Assembly (NCBI GenBank): GCA_043801745.1
Contig: JAZDLR010000022.1
Location: 65,960-129,959 of the forward strand
DNA: 64,000 nucleotides
Source of the DNA: Candidatus Komeilibacteria bacterium
GTDB taxonomy: Bacteria > Patescibacteriota > Patescibacteriia > UBA1558 > 2-01-FULL-52-15
Direction: 5' to 3'
Shown: piece after piece, positions 29,851-39,704 of the stretch
Layout of the letters: each line of letters opens with the position of its first letter
How positions within the stretch are numbered: position 1 is the stretch's first letter
Notes under the pieces: generated by a model
What the model was told of the DNA's origin: nothing
Databases searched by the model: none
The model's input: only the letters and a program-made list of their open reading frames with translations
Program-made: the position numbers and the translations under genes

Positions 29851-30249
29851 TTAACTAGAGTTTTTACTTTTCCCTATCCTCGGCTTTGAGCTATACTCTG
29901 CTTTAATAAATACTTTTCTAGCTTTCTTTAAGCTTTTATTTATAGCGGCAACCGTAACAACGCCGTGATGGGCAAATACCGGCACACCCCAAGCCCAACC
30001 CAGAGAATTAACAACTGACACAGCCAGACGCTGTGAGGCTAGGCTCATGGGCGATTGTACTAAACCGATGGCTGACAAATGAATAGGTTTCACCTTGTTC
30101 CGTTTCAAAACTTTATCAATCAAGGGCAATAGAGCCTGATCTAACTTGGACGCCGCCACGCGAAGACAATGAAGTTTATTCCCACGTAACAAATAAACCG
30201 ACAAATAATTATCGCTTGTCGGCTCAATGACTAATACAACCGCGGACAT
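29851..30249 (-). CDS. tsaB: Short TsaB-like t6A biosynthesis protein
   Basis: LLPLIDKVL, LSAIG, R....VVNSLG....P pattern; divergent. Confidence 0.55.
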   Translation of the reverse strand: MSAVVLVIEPTSDNYLSVYLLRGNKLHCLRVAASKLDQALLPLIDKVLKRNKVKPIHLSAIGLVQSPMSLASQRLAVSVVNSLGWAWGVPVFAHHGVVTVAAINKSLKKARKVFIKAEYSSKPRIGKSKNSS

Positions 30250-30828
30250 TTATTTGTTCAACTTATTGACCACAATAATAGGATTCAGATTCAACACCTG
30301 ATAGACAAACTTATCAGTCATGCTGCGGCGGTAGACGTATTCCTGTTTGCTAAAAATCGTGAAACGCAGATTGTCCTGAAATTCACCGGCGATTTTATTA
30401 ATAGCCCGCTGTACCACGGCCTTATCAACTGAACCGACCAAGAAAATATCGGTCGGCACATCAGTACCGTTAAAAATACCGGTTAAAATCAACAGCTGGA
30501 CGCCTTTAATCGTGGCCAGAGAAGAAGCCAGATTCTTCTCCATTAACATCAAAGACTTATAAATCAACGACTTGAATTCAGGCAATAATGTGAAGTCACG
30601 ATTTAATACCCAAGTTTTCTTACCATCGACCAAAGTCCTCTCAATAAAACCCATGGTCTCCAAAGAAGCCAGTTCAGTGACAATTTTTTTGCTGGTGCTA
30701 CGAAAACGGCGGGCCAACACTTCCGGTGCCACCGGTCCAGGGTTTTCCTGGACAAAATACTGTATTAGGCCAGCTCGCAAAGCAGAACCAAAAAGTAATT
30801 TCAACATAGAATGAAAATATTGTACCAT
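30250..30828 (-). CDS. wHTH plus nucleotidyltransferase-like transcriptional regulator (CPR-conserved)
   Basis: LFGS..R, EL..L...G, LTG.F....DIFLVG. Confidence 0.75.
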   Translation of the reverse strand: MVQYFHSMLKLLFGSALRAGLIQYFVQENPGPVAPEVLARRFRSTSKKIVTELASLETMGFIERTLVDGKKTWVLNRDFTLLPEFKSLIYKSLMLMEKNLASSLATIKGVQLLILTGIFNGTDVPTDIFLVGSVDKAVVQRAINKIAGEFQDNLRFTIFSKQEYVYRRSMTDKFVYQVLNLNPIIVVNKLNK

Positions 30829-30893
30829 TTTCTGGCTGTTATAGCCAGTATTTACTAGGCGAAAATCGTTAAAAATGATAAAATAGGCATAAT

Positions 30894-32990
30894 ATGATAG
30901 TCCCTATTTCTCTAGCAAAATTGTTTATCCACGATACTGGCTCCAGCCGCAGCCATACTGATATCACGCTGGCTCACAGCGATCCGCATTGGCAACGGCG
31001 TTTGGTGGTAATTGTTGATTTTCCCCGTTTGCCGCGTTTCGATCAGAGTTATCTCCTGGAGGCCATTACCAAAGAATGCGCTGACTGGTTTCAGAAAACG
31101 ATCCAACTAGAATCCGAGCAATCTTTAGAAAAAATTCTGGAACAGCTTAATTATTTGCTGCCCAACATTATTCCCAAGAAAAATTCCCGCTGGTTGGAAC
31201 AACTTAACATTTTAATTGCCATTATTGACGGCCGGGAAACGCATTTTGCTCATCTGGGACAAATGGCAGCCTGGATTCTTCATGATAATGCCTTTACCCT
31301 AGTTTCTCCATCCAGCAAAGTTATCAATCCCCTGAAGCTGTTCTCCAGCTGTACCAGCGGCGATCTGGATGAAGATGAAACATTAATTTTTACCACTTCT
31401 TCCCTAACTGACTATGTTTCCGAAGTCAAAATCCGACAAATTATTAGTTCCGGTACTACAGCGGAAGCGGTAGAAAAATTTGAATTGCTCTTGGAGCAGG
31501 TCCCCCGCTTTGTCAGTTTTGCGGCCGTGATACTAAAGGGTCAGGAAGAAGAAGCTTTACCGCAGCCGCCAAAAATCGTTAAGTCGCCACGAACAGCCGT
31601 ATCGGCAACAACCGGCCTAGGACGTATTCCCGGCCGCACCACTAATCGTCCCCGACCGGCCAAGTCTGATCAACCATCAATTTCCACCAACATACTTCAG
31701 GGTATGGGCTGGGCTTTAAAATTCTTCTTTGTGCACGCCTGGTTATACTTAAAATTATTAGGACGTTTTTTCGTGGGGCTGTTCCAGACCGTGGTACAGA
31801 CCGGCAAATTTATCATTCATCCCGATATCCGGACGGAAGCCAGTCACCGTCAGTGGAACCGTCTGGAATCATCAGTCGATAAATTACATCACAGCTTCCG
31901 CTCTAAACATTGGACGCACCGCTGGTTAATTGTCGCTTGTCTAATTCTAGTCTTAATCATTCTTAACGTCATTATTTACCGCGGCCAGGATTTGCAGCTA
32001 AATAAACAGTACCGGGTTTATAGCGAGACCTTAGCGCAATTAGGCAGCATGCAGTCGGATGTGGACGCCAGTCGGGTATATAATGATGACAAAAAAGCCG
32101 AGAGCATCTTGGCCAGTATGCTGGGCCGGATTAATCAGCTGACACCACAAGATAGTAATCAAAAAAAACAACTAAACGATTTACGGGAAAGAATCGACCG
32201 CCAACTCAATGAAGTGCGGCATATTAATTCGCTGGACACTCCTCTGCTCTACCGCGACCTCACAAGTCTGAACCAAGAATTCCATCATTTAGCCGTTATC
32301 AACAATATTGGCTATGTCTCCGGGGCTCAAGGCATATACCGCTTAGATGAAACACCCAAACAAATTGTCGCCCAAACTCTAAACTCCGGTTATTTGTTTA
32401 ACACCAGTAATAATACTTTAGTTTTGCTCAATGACCGGCAGCTGGCAACTATCAGCGGTTCCAACGCTAACCCGGCACAAATTACCTGGAATGCCGGCCT
32501 GCAGACCATTGATCAGGCACTGCTTTATGGCGACAATCTTTATATTGTTGATAAAACCAGTGGAACGATTTATAAACACAGCGGCGATGCCTCCGGTACA
32601 AAATACGGTAACGGCACAGTTTGGCTCAAAGATCAGCCACTAATTAATGCCACACAGAGTATCGCCATTGACGGTAACATCTGGCTCATTGATAGCCAGG
32701 GGGCAATAGTGAAACTATTCAAAGGCCAAAGGCAACAATTTGACTACCAGCGTCCCCTGCCGGCTTTTGGCAACGGTAGCCAGATTATGACAACAAAAAA
32801 TTCCGACTGGCTCTATATTCTGGATCCGGCTAATAAACGCGTAGCGATTATGGACAAGAAGGGCTCGATCAAGGATCAGTTCACCTCACCAAAATTTGAT
32901 AATCTGAAAAGTTTCGCCGTTGATGCCGCGGAAAAAATTATTTACCTGCTAAACGGCGATAAAATCTATCAGCTGGCGATAAAAAAATAA
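30894..32990 (+). CDS. Membrane protein with degenerate PP2C-like N-terminus and extracellular beta-propeller
   Basis: G.L...ETLIFTT; single TM; YGDNLYI, SIAIDGNIW, LYILDP.NKR repeats. Confidence 0.75.
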   Translation: MIVPISLAKLFIHDTGSSRSHTDITLAHSDPHWQRRLVVIVDFPRLPRFDQSYLLEAITKECADWFQKTIQLESEQSLEKILEQLNYLLPNIIPKKNSRWLEQLNILIAIIDGRETHFAHLGQMAAWILHDNAFTLVSPSSKVINPLKLFSSCTSGDLDEDETLIFTTSSLTDYVSEVKIRQIISSGTTAEAVEKFELLLEQVPRFVSFAAVILKGQEEEALPQPPKIVKSPRTAVSATTGLGRIPGRTTNRPRPAKSDQPSISTNILQGMGWALKFFFVHAWLYLKLLGRFFVGLFQTVVQTGKFIIHPDIRTEASHRQWNRLESSVDKLHHSFRSKHWTHRWLIVACLILVLIILNVIIYRGQDLQLNKQYRVYSETLAQLGSMQSDVDASRVYNDDKKAESILASMLGRINQLTPQDSNQKKQLNDLRERIDRQLNEVRHINSLDTPLLYRDLTSLNQEFHHLAVINNIGYVSGAQGIYRLDETPKQIVAQTLNSGYLFNTSNNTLVLLNDRQLATISGSNANPAQITWNAGLQTIDQALLYGDNLYIVDKTSGTIYKHSGDASGTKYGNGTVWLKDQPLINATQSIAIDGNIWLIDSQGAIVKLFKGQRQQFDYQRPLPAFGNGSQIMTTKNSDWLYILDPANKRVAIMDKKGSIKDQFTSPKFDNLKSFAVDAAEKIIYLLNGDKIYQLAIKK

Positions 32991-33164
32991 CTGACAAAAA
33001 AGCGTCCATGAAGACGTTTTTTATTTTTCAGCTAAACCATACTGTCTCGGCTATATTTGTAAAATTATTGCCTTTGGCACGACAGTTTGATGTTAGTAGG
33101 ATAATGTTTGAATAATAAAGCTTTTTGTCATATTTTGGGATATCTATTATGCCCTCGCCGGGCG

Positions 33165-33302
33165 GGCCCTACTTTTGTAACCAAAAGTAGGCAAAAGTTT
33201 TGGCCCGCTTCGCCAAAGCGTTAGCGAGGCGAGGGTCGCGTAAGTCGCGTGAGTCTTTTTGACTTTATTTTTTCTTGCCTTGGCTATTAGTACGCGACCC
33301 CA
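33165..33302. repeat. Cluster of REP-like hairpins
   Basis: tacttttg/caaaagta and gggtcgcgta/tacgcgaccc inverted repeats. Confidence 0.5.
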
Positions 33303-33428
33303 AACCCCCTAAAGACAGAACTAGTCGGCGCCAATTAAGCAGAAGCGCTCTTACCGTTAATGTATTAACTTAGGTTGATGCCATAGGCAGTCAGAACAGA
33401 AACTCCCAGAGTTAAAGCTGAATAATGC

Positions 33429-33938
33429 CTATTTTAACCAAATTCCAATTACGCAGAGGATAATTATTTGCCAAATAATCCCCGGGATTACTCCTATGCG
33501 TATTTTCCAGTGATGAGTTAAATACTGATGAAAACTAAAATGAAGCTTATTTATTGCTGCGGCCAGCTGAGGCAGCGCTAACACTGTTATAAACTCAGAC
33601 GAACGGCGCTTCTGAGCTTCAGCCAGCATAGTCAGGCCGGCAATAAAATCCGGCAATACCGCACCGCCAATACCGACCCAATAAACAAATGGTATGGGTC
33701 GGCCCAGTAAATCTGGTCGAACTAAAGATAAATAGAGAATAAAAGCCGATAAATCCAACAATAAAATCAGCGCTAATCTACCCATATGCCCGTGATACCA
33801 ATCATAAACTTCCTCGTCACCGTGCGGAATAAAATCTAAAATAAAATGCGAAACAAAGCCCCCGACAAAAGCCACCAGCGGGCTATTGGTCTGGCTGGCG
33901 ATCAAGGTTCCGACAGCGGCATGAACAGTTAAATACAT
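33429..33938 (-). CDS. Membrane metal-dependent hydrolase-like protein
   Basis: H..., SHFILDFIPH, LPD and H..FH motifs; start reassigned to 33938. Confidence 0.7.
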   Translation of the reverse strand: MYLTVHAAVGTLIASQTNSPLVAFVGGFVSHFILDFIPHGDEEVYDWYHGHMGRLALILLLDLSAFILYLSLVRPDLLGRPIPFVYWVGIGGAVLPDFIAGLTMLAEAQKRRSSEFITVLALPQLAAAINKLHFSFHQYLTHHWKIRIGVIPGIIWQIIILCVIGIWLK

Positions 33939-34030
33939 AAAGTGACCTAAGTTTATCACACGACCCAGATTATCCTCAAATGACAGAGCCCCTTGTCCAA
34001 CGGACAAGGGGCCCAAAACAACGGAAGTGA

Positions 34031-34390
34031 TCAGTCAGCGACAGTAGCCGAATCGGAAACAGAGCCGTGCATCAAAATATCCTGAAGATGTTGACTGCGC
34101 AACCGTACCAAGCCGCGACCCAGATAATTCCGCACCTGGGTAACAGTCAGATCCAGCTCCGAAGCCACCAGCTGGATTGCCTGCTCTTCGGAACGCGACT
34201 TGCCGCGCCAGAAGTAAACCATGGCAACAGCCGCGGCCTGTCGGTTACTCAAAGTGTTAAAGGCCACCCTGAGGTTCTCAGCGCGCAATACTCGCTGCGG
34301 ATCATGCCGCGGTACCAAATCCGTTTGCAGCACTTCCCAACCACGCTGATCCAAAACCAATCCTCCTTGATTGATGAACACTGCCACCAA
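34031..34390 (-). CDS. Small protein with sigma-70 region 4-like HTH
   Basis: LSNRQ, VASELDLT...VRNYLGRGLVRLR. Confidence 0.5.
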   Translation of the reverse strand: MVAVFINQGGLVLDQRGWEVLQTDLVPRHDPQRVLRAENLRVAFNTLSNRQAAAVAMVYFWRGKSRSEEQAIQLVASELDLTVTQVRNYLGRGLVRLRSQHLQDILMHGSVSDSATVAD

Positions 34391-34545
34391 CCCGGTGGCG
34401 GGGTAGAACGATAATCAGGGTTTATATCAATAACTATATTATCTGTCAACCCGCCGGCATATTTCACTTAAATCTAGTATTAAGTCTGCAAATGAAAACA
34501 AAAACCCCCGGACAACAATCCAGGGGATTTCTGCAAAATTCTAAT

Positions 34546-34953
34546 TTATTTCAGCGTAACTTTAGCACCAGCAGTTTCCAAGGTTTTCTTCATAGCCTCA
34601 GCATCAGCCTTGGCTACACCTTCCTTGATAACTTTCGGAGCACCATCGACAATGTCTTTGGCTTCCTTCAGACCAAGCTGGGTGACTTCACGGACAGCCT
34701 TGATGACACCGATTTTGTTATCACCGGTAGCGGTTAACTCCACAGTGAAAGAGGTTTTTTCCTCGGCAGCTTCAGCCACAGCTCCGGCACCGGCGTTTGA
34801 CGCAGACATCATTACTGGGGCAGCAGCGGAAACTCCAAACTTATCTTCTAGAACTTTCACTAATTCAGAAAGGTCTAGAACCGACATTTTTTCAATCTCG
34901 CTGACAATAGATTGAAACTTGGCCGGAACTTCAATGACTTTTTCTTCAGACAT
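34546..34953 (-). CDS. rplL: 50S ribosomal protein L7/L12
   Basis: [28 protein letters not shown]...LGLKEAK. Confidence 0.98.
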   Translation of the reverse strand: MSEEKVIEVPAKFQSIVSEIEKMSVLDLSELVKVLEDKFGVSAAAPVMMSASNAGAGAVAEAAEEKTSFTVELTATGDNKIGVIKAVREVTQLGLKEAKDIVDGAPKVIKEGVAKADAEAMKKTLETAGAKVTLK

Positions 34954-35014
34954 AATATTGTTAATTATTTAATGAATAATCCGCCCAAAGGGCGGTCGCC
35001 CTGTGGGCGAAAAA

Positions 35015-35536
35015 TTAAGCGGTTTTTCTGTCTTTGACCGAATTAAGAACATTAACCAACCCCCGCAAATTTCCGGCCAGAACATTGACGAAACCGGATA
35101 CCGGAGCCTGAATGGTACGGACCGTAGCGGCCAGTAGTTCTAGTCTGCTAGGCAAAGCCGCCAAGGCCAATACTTTATCTTTGGAAATAAAGTTGCCTTC
35201 CAGCATTCCGCCCAGAATTACTAACTTCTCATTGGCTTTGGAAGCAGCGCGCACCAAACGGGCCGGAGCAACCGCGTCAGTATCAGAATAAGCCACTGCT
35301 ACATTACCCTTAGCTTCCAGAGTCGCGTCAATTTTAGCTTCAGCCAAGGCTTTCTGTAACAGAGTTTTCTTAATACCCTGATAACCAGCTTGCTCACTAC
35401 GCAATTTTTTACGCAAATCCTGGCTTTCCTTCACAGTCAAACCCTGATCGGAAGTAAACACTACTCCCTGACTGGAAGCTAATTTACTCTGAACTAGGTC
35501 TAACTCCTCTTTTTTTCGGGCTTTACTTTTTGGCAT
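35015..35536 (-). CDS. rplJ: 50S ribosomal protein L10
   Basis: GLTV...LRKKLR, KKTL, ALPSR; adjacent to rplL. Confidence 0.97.
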   Translation of the reverse strand: MPKSKARKKEELDLVQSKLASSQGVVFTSDQGLTVKESQDLRKKLRSEQAGYQGIKKTLLQKALAEAKIDATLEAKGNVAVAYSDTDAVAPARLVRAASKANEKLVILGGMLEGNFISKDKVLALAALPSRLELLAATVRTIQAPVSGFVNVLAGNLRGLVNVLNSVKDRKTA

Positions 35537-35604
35537 AATTTTGAATAGCTCATCCCCCTTCGCTAAAGCTTTGGGGGATTATTTCGCTAAAGCGAAATAA
35601 AATA

Positions 35605-35726
35605 ATCTGTGAGTAACCACAGACATTAAGGTTTCCAGTCATAACTGGATGCGGCCTCGGTAGGAAATTAAGTCCTTCGACTCCTGCGTCTGACGCAGTC
35701 GCTCAGGACACCCACTGTCTGTGGCA
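35605..35726 (-). promoter_or_regulatory. Ribosomal protein L10 leader
   Basis: CCACAGACAGUGGG...UUAAUUUCCUACCGAGG matches the L10 leader consensus; promoter TTGACT-N17-TACACT at 35743-35771. Confidence 0.8.
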
Positions 35727-35854
35727 TTTGATTTGTGATCAGAGTGTATCAAAGTGATGACTTTTAGTCAACTGCCGCAGTTTCAAGTTGAAAGTTGGAA
35801 GTTGTCAGCAAGACGCTTTAAACATTCAACTTTCAACTGAAAACTATTAGCTAA

Positions 35855-35952
35855 CCCCGTTAGAGAAAGCCTAATTCAATAAAATTCCTCATTAAGAACA
35901 TGAGACTGGTAAAAAACCACATTTATTAAAACAATTTACATCTCTAACGGGG
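35855..35952. mobile_element. MITE-like element with CCCCGTTAGAG inverted ends, copy 1
   Basis: 12-bp terminal inverted repeat; same ends at 47505-47590. Confidence 0.6.
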
Positions 35953-35993
35953 CTAATATTAGCCAAATATACAGAATATTTGCATTTCAAGTC

Positions 35994-36022
35994 TTGACAA
36001 AAATTTAAGTATATGCTAGAGT
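35994..36022 (+). promoter_or_regulatory. Sigma-70 promoter of the non-coding unit
   Basis: TTGACA-N17-TAGAGT with TG extended -10. Confidence 0.7.
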
Positions 36023-36029
36023 GCCCACA

Positions 36030-37243
36030 TTGCTTCTGGCACCCTGCTGGAAAGCAACTAGGCGCCTCAAGCGGCATCGCGTCCGCGAAGAGGATTTGAA
36101 CAAGTCTGGAGGGACCAAAAAACATGATCCATTCGACCTGCTACGCCTACATTTACGGCAACATCATCGCCTGAACCGGCCCCGGCCGGCGGGCCCAGGA
36201 GTACTGAACAGACGGACAAGCGACCTTCCAAAATGAGGATAACCCTCGGAGTCGCGATCCACTGACCCGGTTCCTGGCCCACACATCCACGCGAGCCGGT
36301 ACTGCGTTTGAAGCGGTAGCCGTTCGCTCTCCCCTGAGGGAGATTCCGGAAACCTAAACATACGCCGGAAAGGATAACCAGCAATGATGCAATGACCGCG
36401 CGTAGAGGTGCGCTCCCGAGATGCTCGCTGGTACTTAGAGAAGTACCCAACCCCAGCGACATCGAACTTTTCACGGACGCTCCACACGGGAGGAGCATCC
36501 AAACGGCGGGAGGGTCACCGCCGAAAACAAAGACTCTTGCCACAGCAGTCACTGCCAAAGCGGCAACTGACTGTGGGCATCACCATCCTGAATACCGGCC
36601 ACGAGGCCAGTACCGGAGGACGAGTGATCGGCATTATCCGCGCGTAGAGGAGCGCACCCGTTTCGATAGCCCCGGGAAAGAATTTAGTAACACCAACCCA
36701 ACCCGGCAGCTATCATGCTCCATACGGGAGGAGCAACCAGTAAACGGCGGAACGGTCACCGCCAAAAAAACGACCGCGTACATTCAAAAGCAGGTGGCGC
36801 CGCTTGCGGCCGGGCAGTTCCTGCTCGACTAGCAGGCGCACACGCGCCCCTTTTCTGTAAAAAAGACACACTGGTCGTGTCCGTCAGCCCACCGTTCCCC
36901 GCAATTGCCGGGAACATTGAACAACCATTTCGGGCCCGGACAACGCCAGTGTAACGTACGGCCGTGCCCACGGGTATTCCAAGCCCATTGTGCCGGCCGG
37001 CAAATCGCGCTGACTCTCTCGGGATACCGAGCAGCCGACCACAGGACCCCGGACTCACACCGCATTGAAAGGCTTCGGCTAAGGCGGGCTAGTGACTCTG
37101 GGCACATCCACAGGTCAAAGGCGCGATAGAACGACCCGGGATATGCAAGGGAGTAGAGAGGGTTCCGAACCAAATGGAACCACTCCCCCAAATATACCCG
37201 GCCAGTGCCCCAATCAATACATCGATTGGGGCACTATTTTTTT
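36030..37243 (+). ncRNA. Candidate large (~1.2 kb) structured non-coding RNA of unknown family
   Basis: Bounded by promoter and terminator; GC-rich; many helices, long-range pairings and a duplicated pseudoknot domain; only spurious-looking ORFs. Confidence 0.7.
37204..37243 (+). terminator. Intrinsic terminator
   Basis: agtgccccaatc/gattggggcact 12-bp stem followed by T7. Confidence 0.85.
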
Positions 37244-37470
37244 CGCCACATATAAAAACCTACCGAGCACAGCTCGGTTGAGATCAAATGATGCGAACCC
37301 GCCGAAGCCCCGAGCTCGGTGAGGGGCAAATGGCGGGTAACTACCTTAAATTTAATCAGGTCTAATCCGACGGAAATAAACAAAAGCCAACCCGCCGACT
37401 CGGCCTCCGTAGCCGCTTCGGCGAAGGGGGCAGCGTCTGCGCGTAGGCGGTTATTTCCTACAAACTATTA

Positions 37471-38481
37471 CTAATTCAAATACAACTCTCTATTTTTCTT
37501 ATGTTCTTCCAGCGTCCTAGCATAGTGCACTCCGCCGTCTTTATCAGTCAGAAAATAATAATACGGATTGGCCGTAGGATATAAAGCCGCTTGTATACTG
37601 GCAAGACCCGGATTGGAAATCGGCCCAGGAGGCAAACCTTTATATTTATAAGTATTATAAGGTGAATCAATTTTCAAATCAGCTAGTGACGGCCGCGTCG
37701 TGCCTTTACCGGTAATATAATTTACCGTGGCATCAGACTGCAAACCAATCCCAGCCTTAATACGTTTCCAGAAAATATCAGCAATCATTTTCTTGTCGGC
37801 GTGCAAGGGCACTTCTTTCTCAATAATTGAAGCCATAATAATTACTTCATATAAGGTATGACCCGACTGCCTAATATCACTAATCATTGGACCAGAAATT
37901 TTAGCTTCAAAATTCTGCAGTTGCTTCTGAACAATACTCGCCATTTTAGTTGACTGAGTAATCTGATAAGTATCAGGGAACAAGAATCCCTCTAATGAAT
38001 TCCCATCAGGTATGGCCTGAGTCAGAGGAAAATCGTCGCGGTAGGCTACGTTGGAAAGAGTCAAATCTACATAATCCTTGGCAGCAAAACCGCGCGTAGC
38101 CAGATAGGCAGCGTTTTCTTTCCGGTTCCAGCCTTCGATAAACGTTAAATTGTCTTTTTGACCAGAAGCTCCTCGCATCAGCTCCTTTACCAGGACGTGA
38201 ATACTCATACCAGTATTTAAACTGTATCTGGCGGCAATCAGCTTATCTTCCGCCCCAATCAGCCAGACGTAACTTTCAAAAATAAATTTGCTACCAATCA
38301 AGCCATTCCGGTGCAAATTATCGCTGATAGTATTGACTCCCTGACCGGATTCAACGTTAAAAATAATCTCCCGGCCCGGCAGCTGCGTTGGCCGAAATAA
38401 TTCAATCGTCACCCAAGCCGCGACTATTAACACAGCCGCAATCAGACACAGAAAAAATGCTTTAATTATTGGCCCCACCAT
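37471..38481 (-). CDS. mltG: Endolytic transglycosylase MltG
   Basis: LEGFLFPDTY, ASIIEKE, LQSDAT, SPYNTY...GLPPGPISNPG; start reassigned to 38481. Confidence 0.95.
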   Translation of the reverse strand: MVGPIIKAFFLCLIAAVLIVAAWVTIELFRPTQLPGREIIFNVESGQGVNTISDNLHRNGLIGSKFIFESYVWLIGAEDKLIAARYSLNTGMSIHVLVKELMRGASGQKDNLTFIEGWNRKENAAYLATRGFAAKDYVDLTLSNVAYRDDFPLTQAIPDGNSLEGFLFPDTYQITQSTKMASIVQKQLQNFEAKISGPMISDIRQSGHTLYEVIIMASIIEKEVPLHADKKMIADIFWKRIKAGIGLQSDATVNYITGKGTTRPSLADLKIDSPYNTYKYKGLPPGPISNPGLASIQAALYPTANPYYYFLTDKDGGVHYARTLEEHKKNRELYLN

Positions 38482-39221
38482 AATAAAATAATGCCTAAAA
38501 TAATTGTGTAAATGGAAAAAACCCACAAGCGATCACGTTTGATGATCAACTCTAAAGCCATCAATGATAGATACCCGACAATCATGGTAACAATAAATCC
38601 CACCCAATAGATCGGCTGAATCTGCAGCTGACGGACTTCAAATAAAAAGGCTGCGGCAATAGCCGGAATAGCAGCCAGGAAAGTAAAGCGGAAAGCCTCT
38701 TCCTTCTTAATACCCAAAACCAAACCCCAGCCCAGCATCGAGCCACTGCGCGATAACCCGGGCAAGACAGCTAAACCTTGAGCCAAACCCAGGATAACAG
38801 ACTTACCCCAGGTTATAGGACCAGCTTTAGCCCGGACAAATTTATGCAGGCCAACAAAAATACCCGTGACAATAAAAAAAATGGCCGTGATTCTTATTGT
38901 TTGCCAGCGTTCAATATAAGGATTAAGCAGCCAAGCTACAGCGACAGTAAAAATCGTAGCCACAATAATCCGACCGATCAACTTACGCTCAGCTACTTCA
39001 CTGGGCCGGCCCAGGGCTCTAATCAGACGCCAGATATCATCCCGGAAATAAACAATAATAACAATCAAGCTGCCTAGGTGCAAAAATACATCAAAAGCTA
39101 GATTGGCCGGCACTCCCAGCCACTGATGGGCAATAACCAAATGGCCATCGCTGGAAATTGGCAGCCACTCGGTAATTCCCTGCACCAAACCGAGTAAAAC
39201 ATACTGAAAAAAAGCTGACAT
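38466..39221 (-). CDS. uppP: Undecaprenyl-diphosphatase
   Basis: QGITEWLPISSDGH, PGLSRSG. Confidence 0.95.
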   Translation of the reverse strand: MSAFFQYVLLGLVQGITEWLPISSDGHLVIAHQWLGVPANLAFDVFLHLGSLIVIIVYFRDDIWRLIRALGRPSEVAERKLIGRIIVATIFTVAVAWLLNPYIERWQTIRITAIFFIVTGIFVGLHKFVRAKAGPITWGKSVILGLAQGLAVLPGLSRSGSMLGWGLVLGIKKEEAFRFTFLAAIPAIAAAFLFEVRQLQIQPIYWVGFIVTMIVGYLSLMALELIIKRDRLWVFSIYTIILGIILLWWGQ

Positions 39222-39272
39222 GATATATATGGTATAATTAAACGGCTTAAATATTATACTCCAACCTAATTT

Positions 39273-39704
39273 ATGCGTCTATTACTTATTCCTTTCGGCG
39301 TCATGGTAATTGTCCAGATCGGAAAATTAGTGTTTGAACTGCTGCGCGGCAATTTTAGCTGGGAACATCTGAATGAATACGGCGGCATGCCTTCGGCTCA
39401 TTCAGCTTTGGCCGCTTCTTTAGTAACACTCCTCTACTTGGATCAGGGCATGGGCGATGCGGCTCTGGCAGTAGCTTTTGTGCTATTCATTGTTATTATC
39501 CGCGATGCCAGCGGCTTCCGCCGCCAACTGGGCGTGCACGCGCAAATGATAAACCGCCTAATCAAAGAACTGCCCGAGGCTGAAGAATATAAATATCCGG
39601 TTTTGAACGAACGGCTCGGCCACACACCAGCTCAGGTCATTGTCGGCACAGTGGCCGGAATTATCCTGACCTATCTGGTTATCTATTTATTGCCCTACTT
39701 CTGA
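39273..39704 (+). CDS. Divergent PAP2 family (DUF212) protein
   Basis: GGMPSAHSA, DA.G.RR..G.HA..IN, E.LGHTP. Confidence 0.92.
   Translation: MRLLLIPFGVMVIVQIGKLVFELLRGNFSWEHLNEYGGMPSAHSALAASLVTLLYLDQGMGDAALAVAFVLFIVIIRDASGFRRQLGVHAQMINRLIKELPEAEEYKYPVLNERLGHTPAQVIVGTVAGIILTYLVIYLLPYF

Noticed and set aside
36398-36526. Lysine riboswitch (AGAGGUGCG...CGCCGAA resemblance)
   Set aside because: No loop-E AGUA/GAA arrangement or five-way junction, no downstream lysine gene, and the motif folds as a local hairpin
36030-37243. RNase P, tmRNA, rRNA or group I/II intron identity
   Set aside because: Hallmark sequences not found by eye and no interrupted host gene; a divergent form cannot be excluded without cmscan
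36021-37322. ORFs of 71-163 aa on both strands in the GC-rich region
   Set aside because: Mutually overlapping, Arg/Pro/Gly-rich, no motifs; expected in stop-poor GC-rich structured RNA
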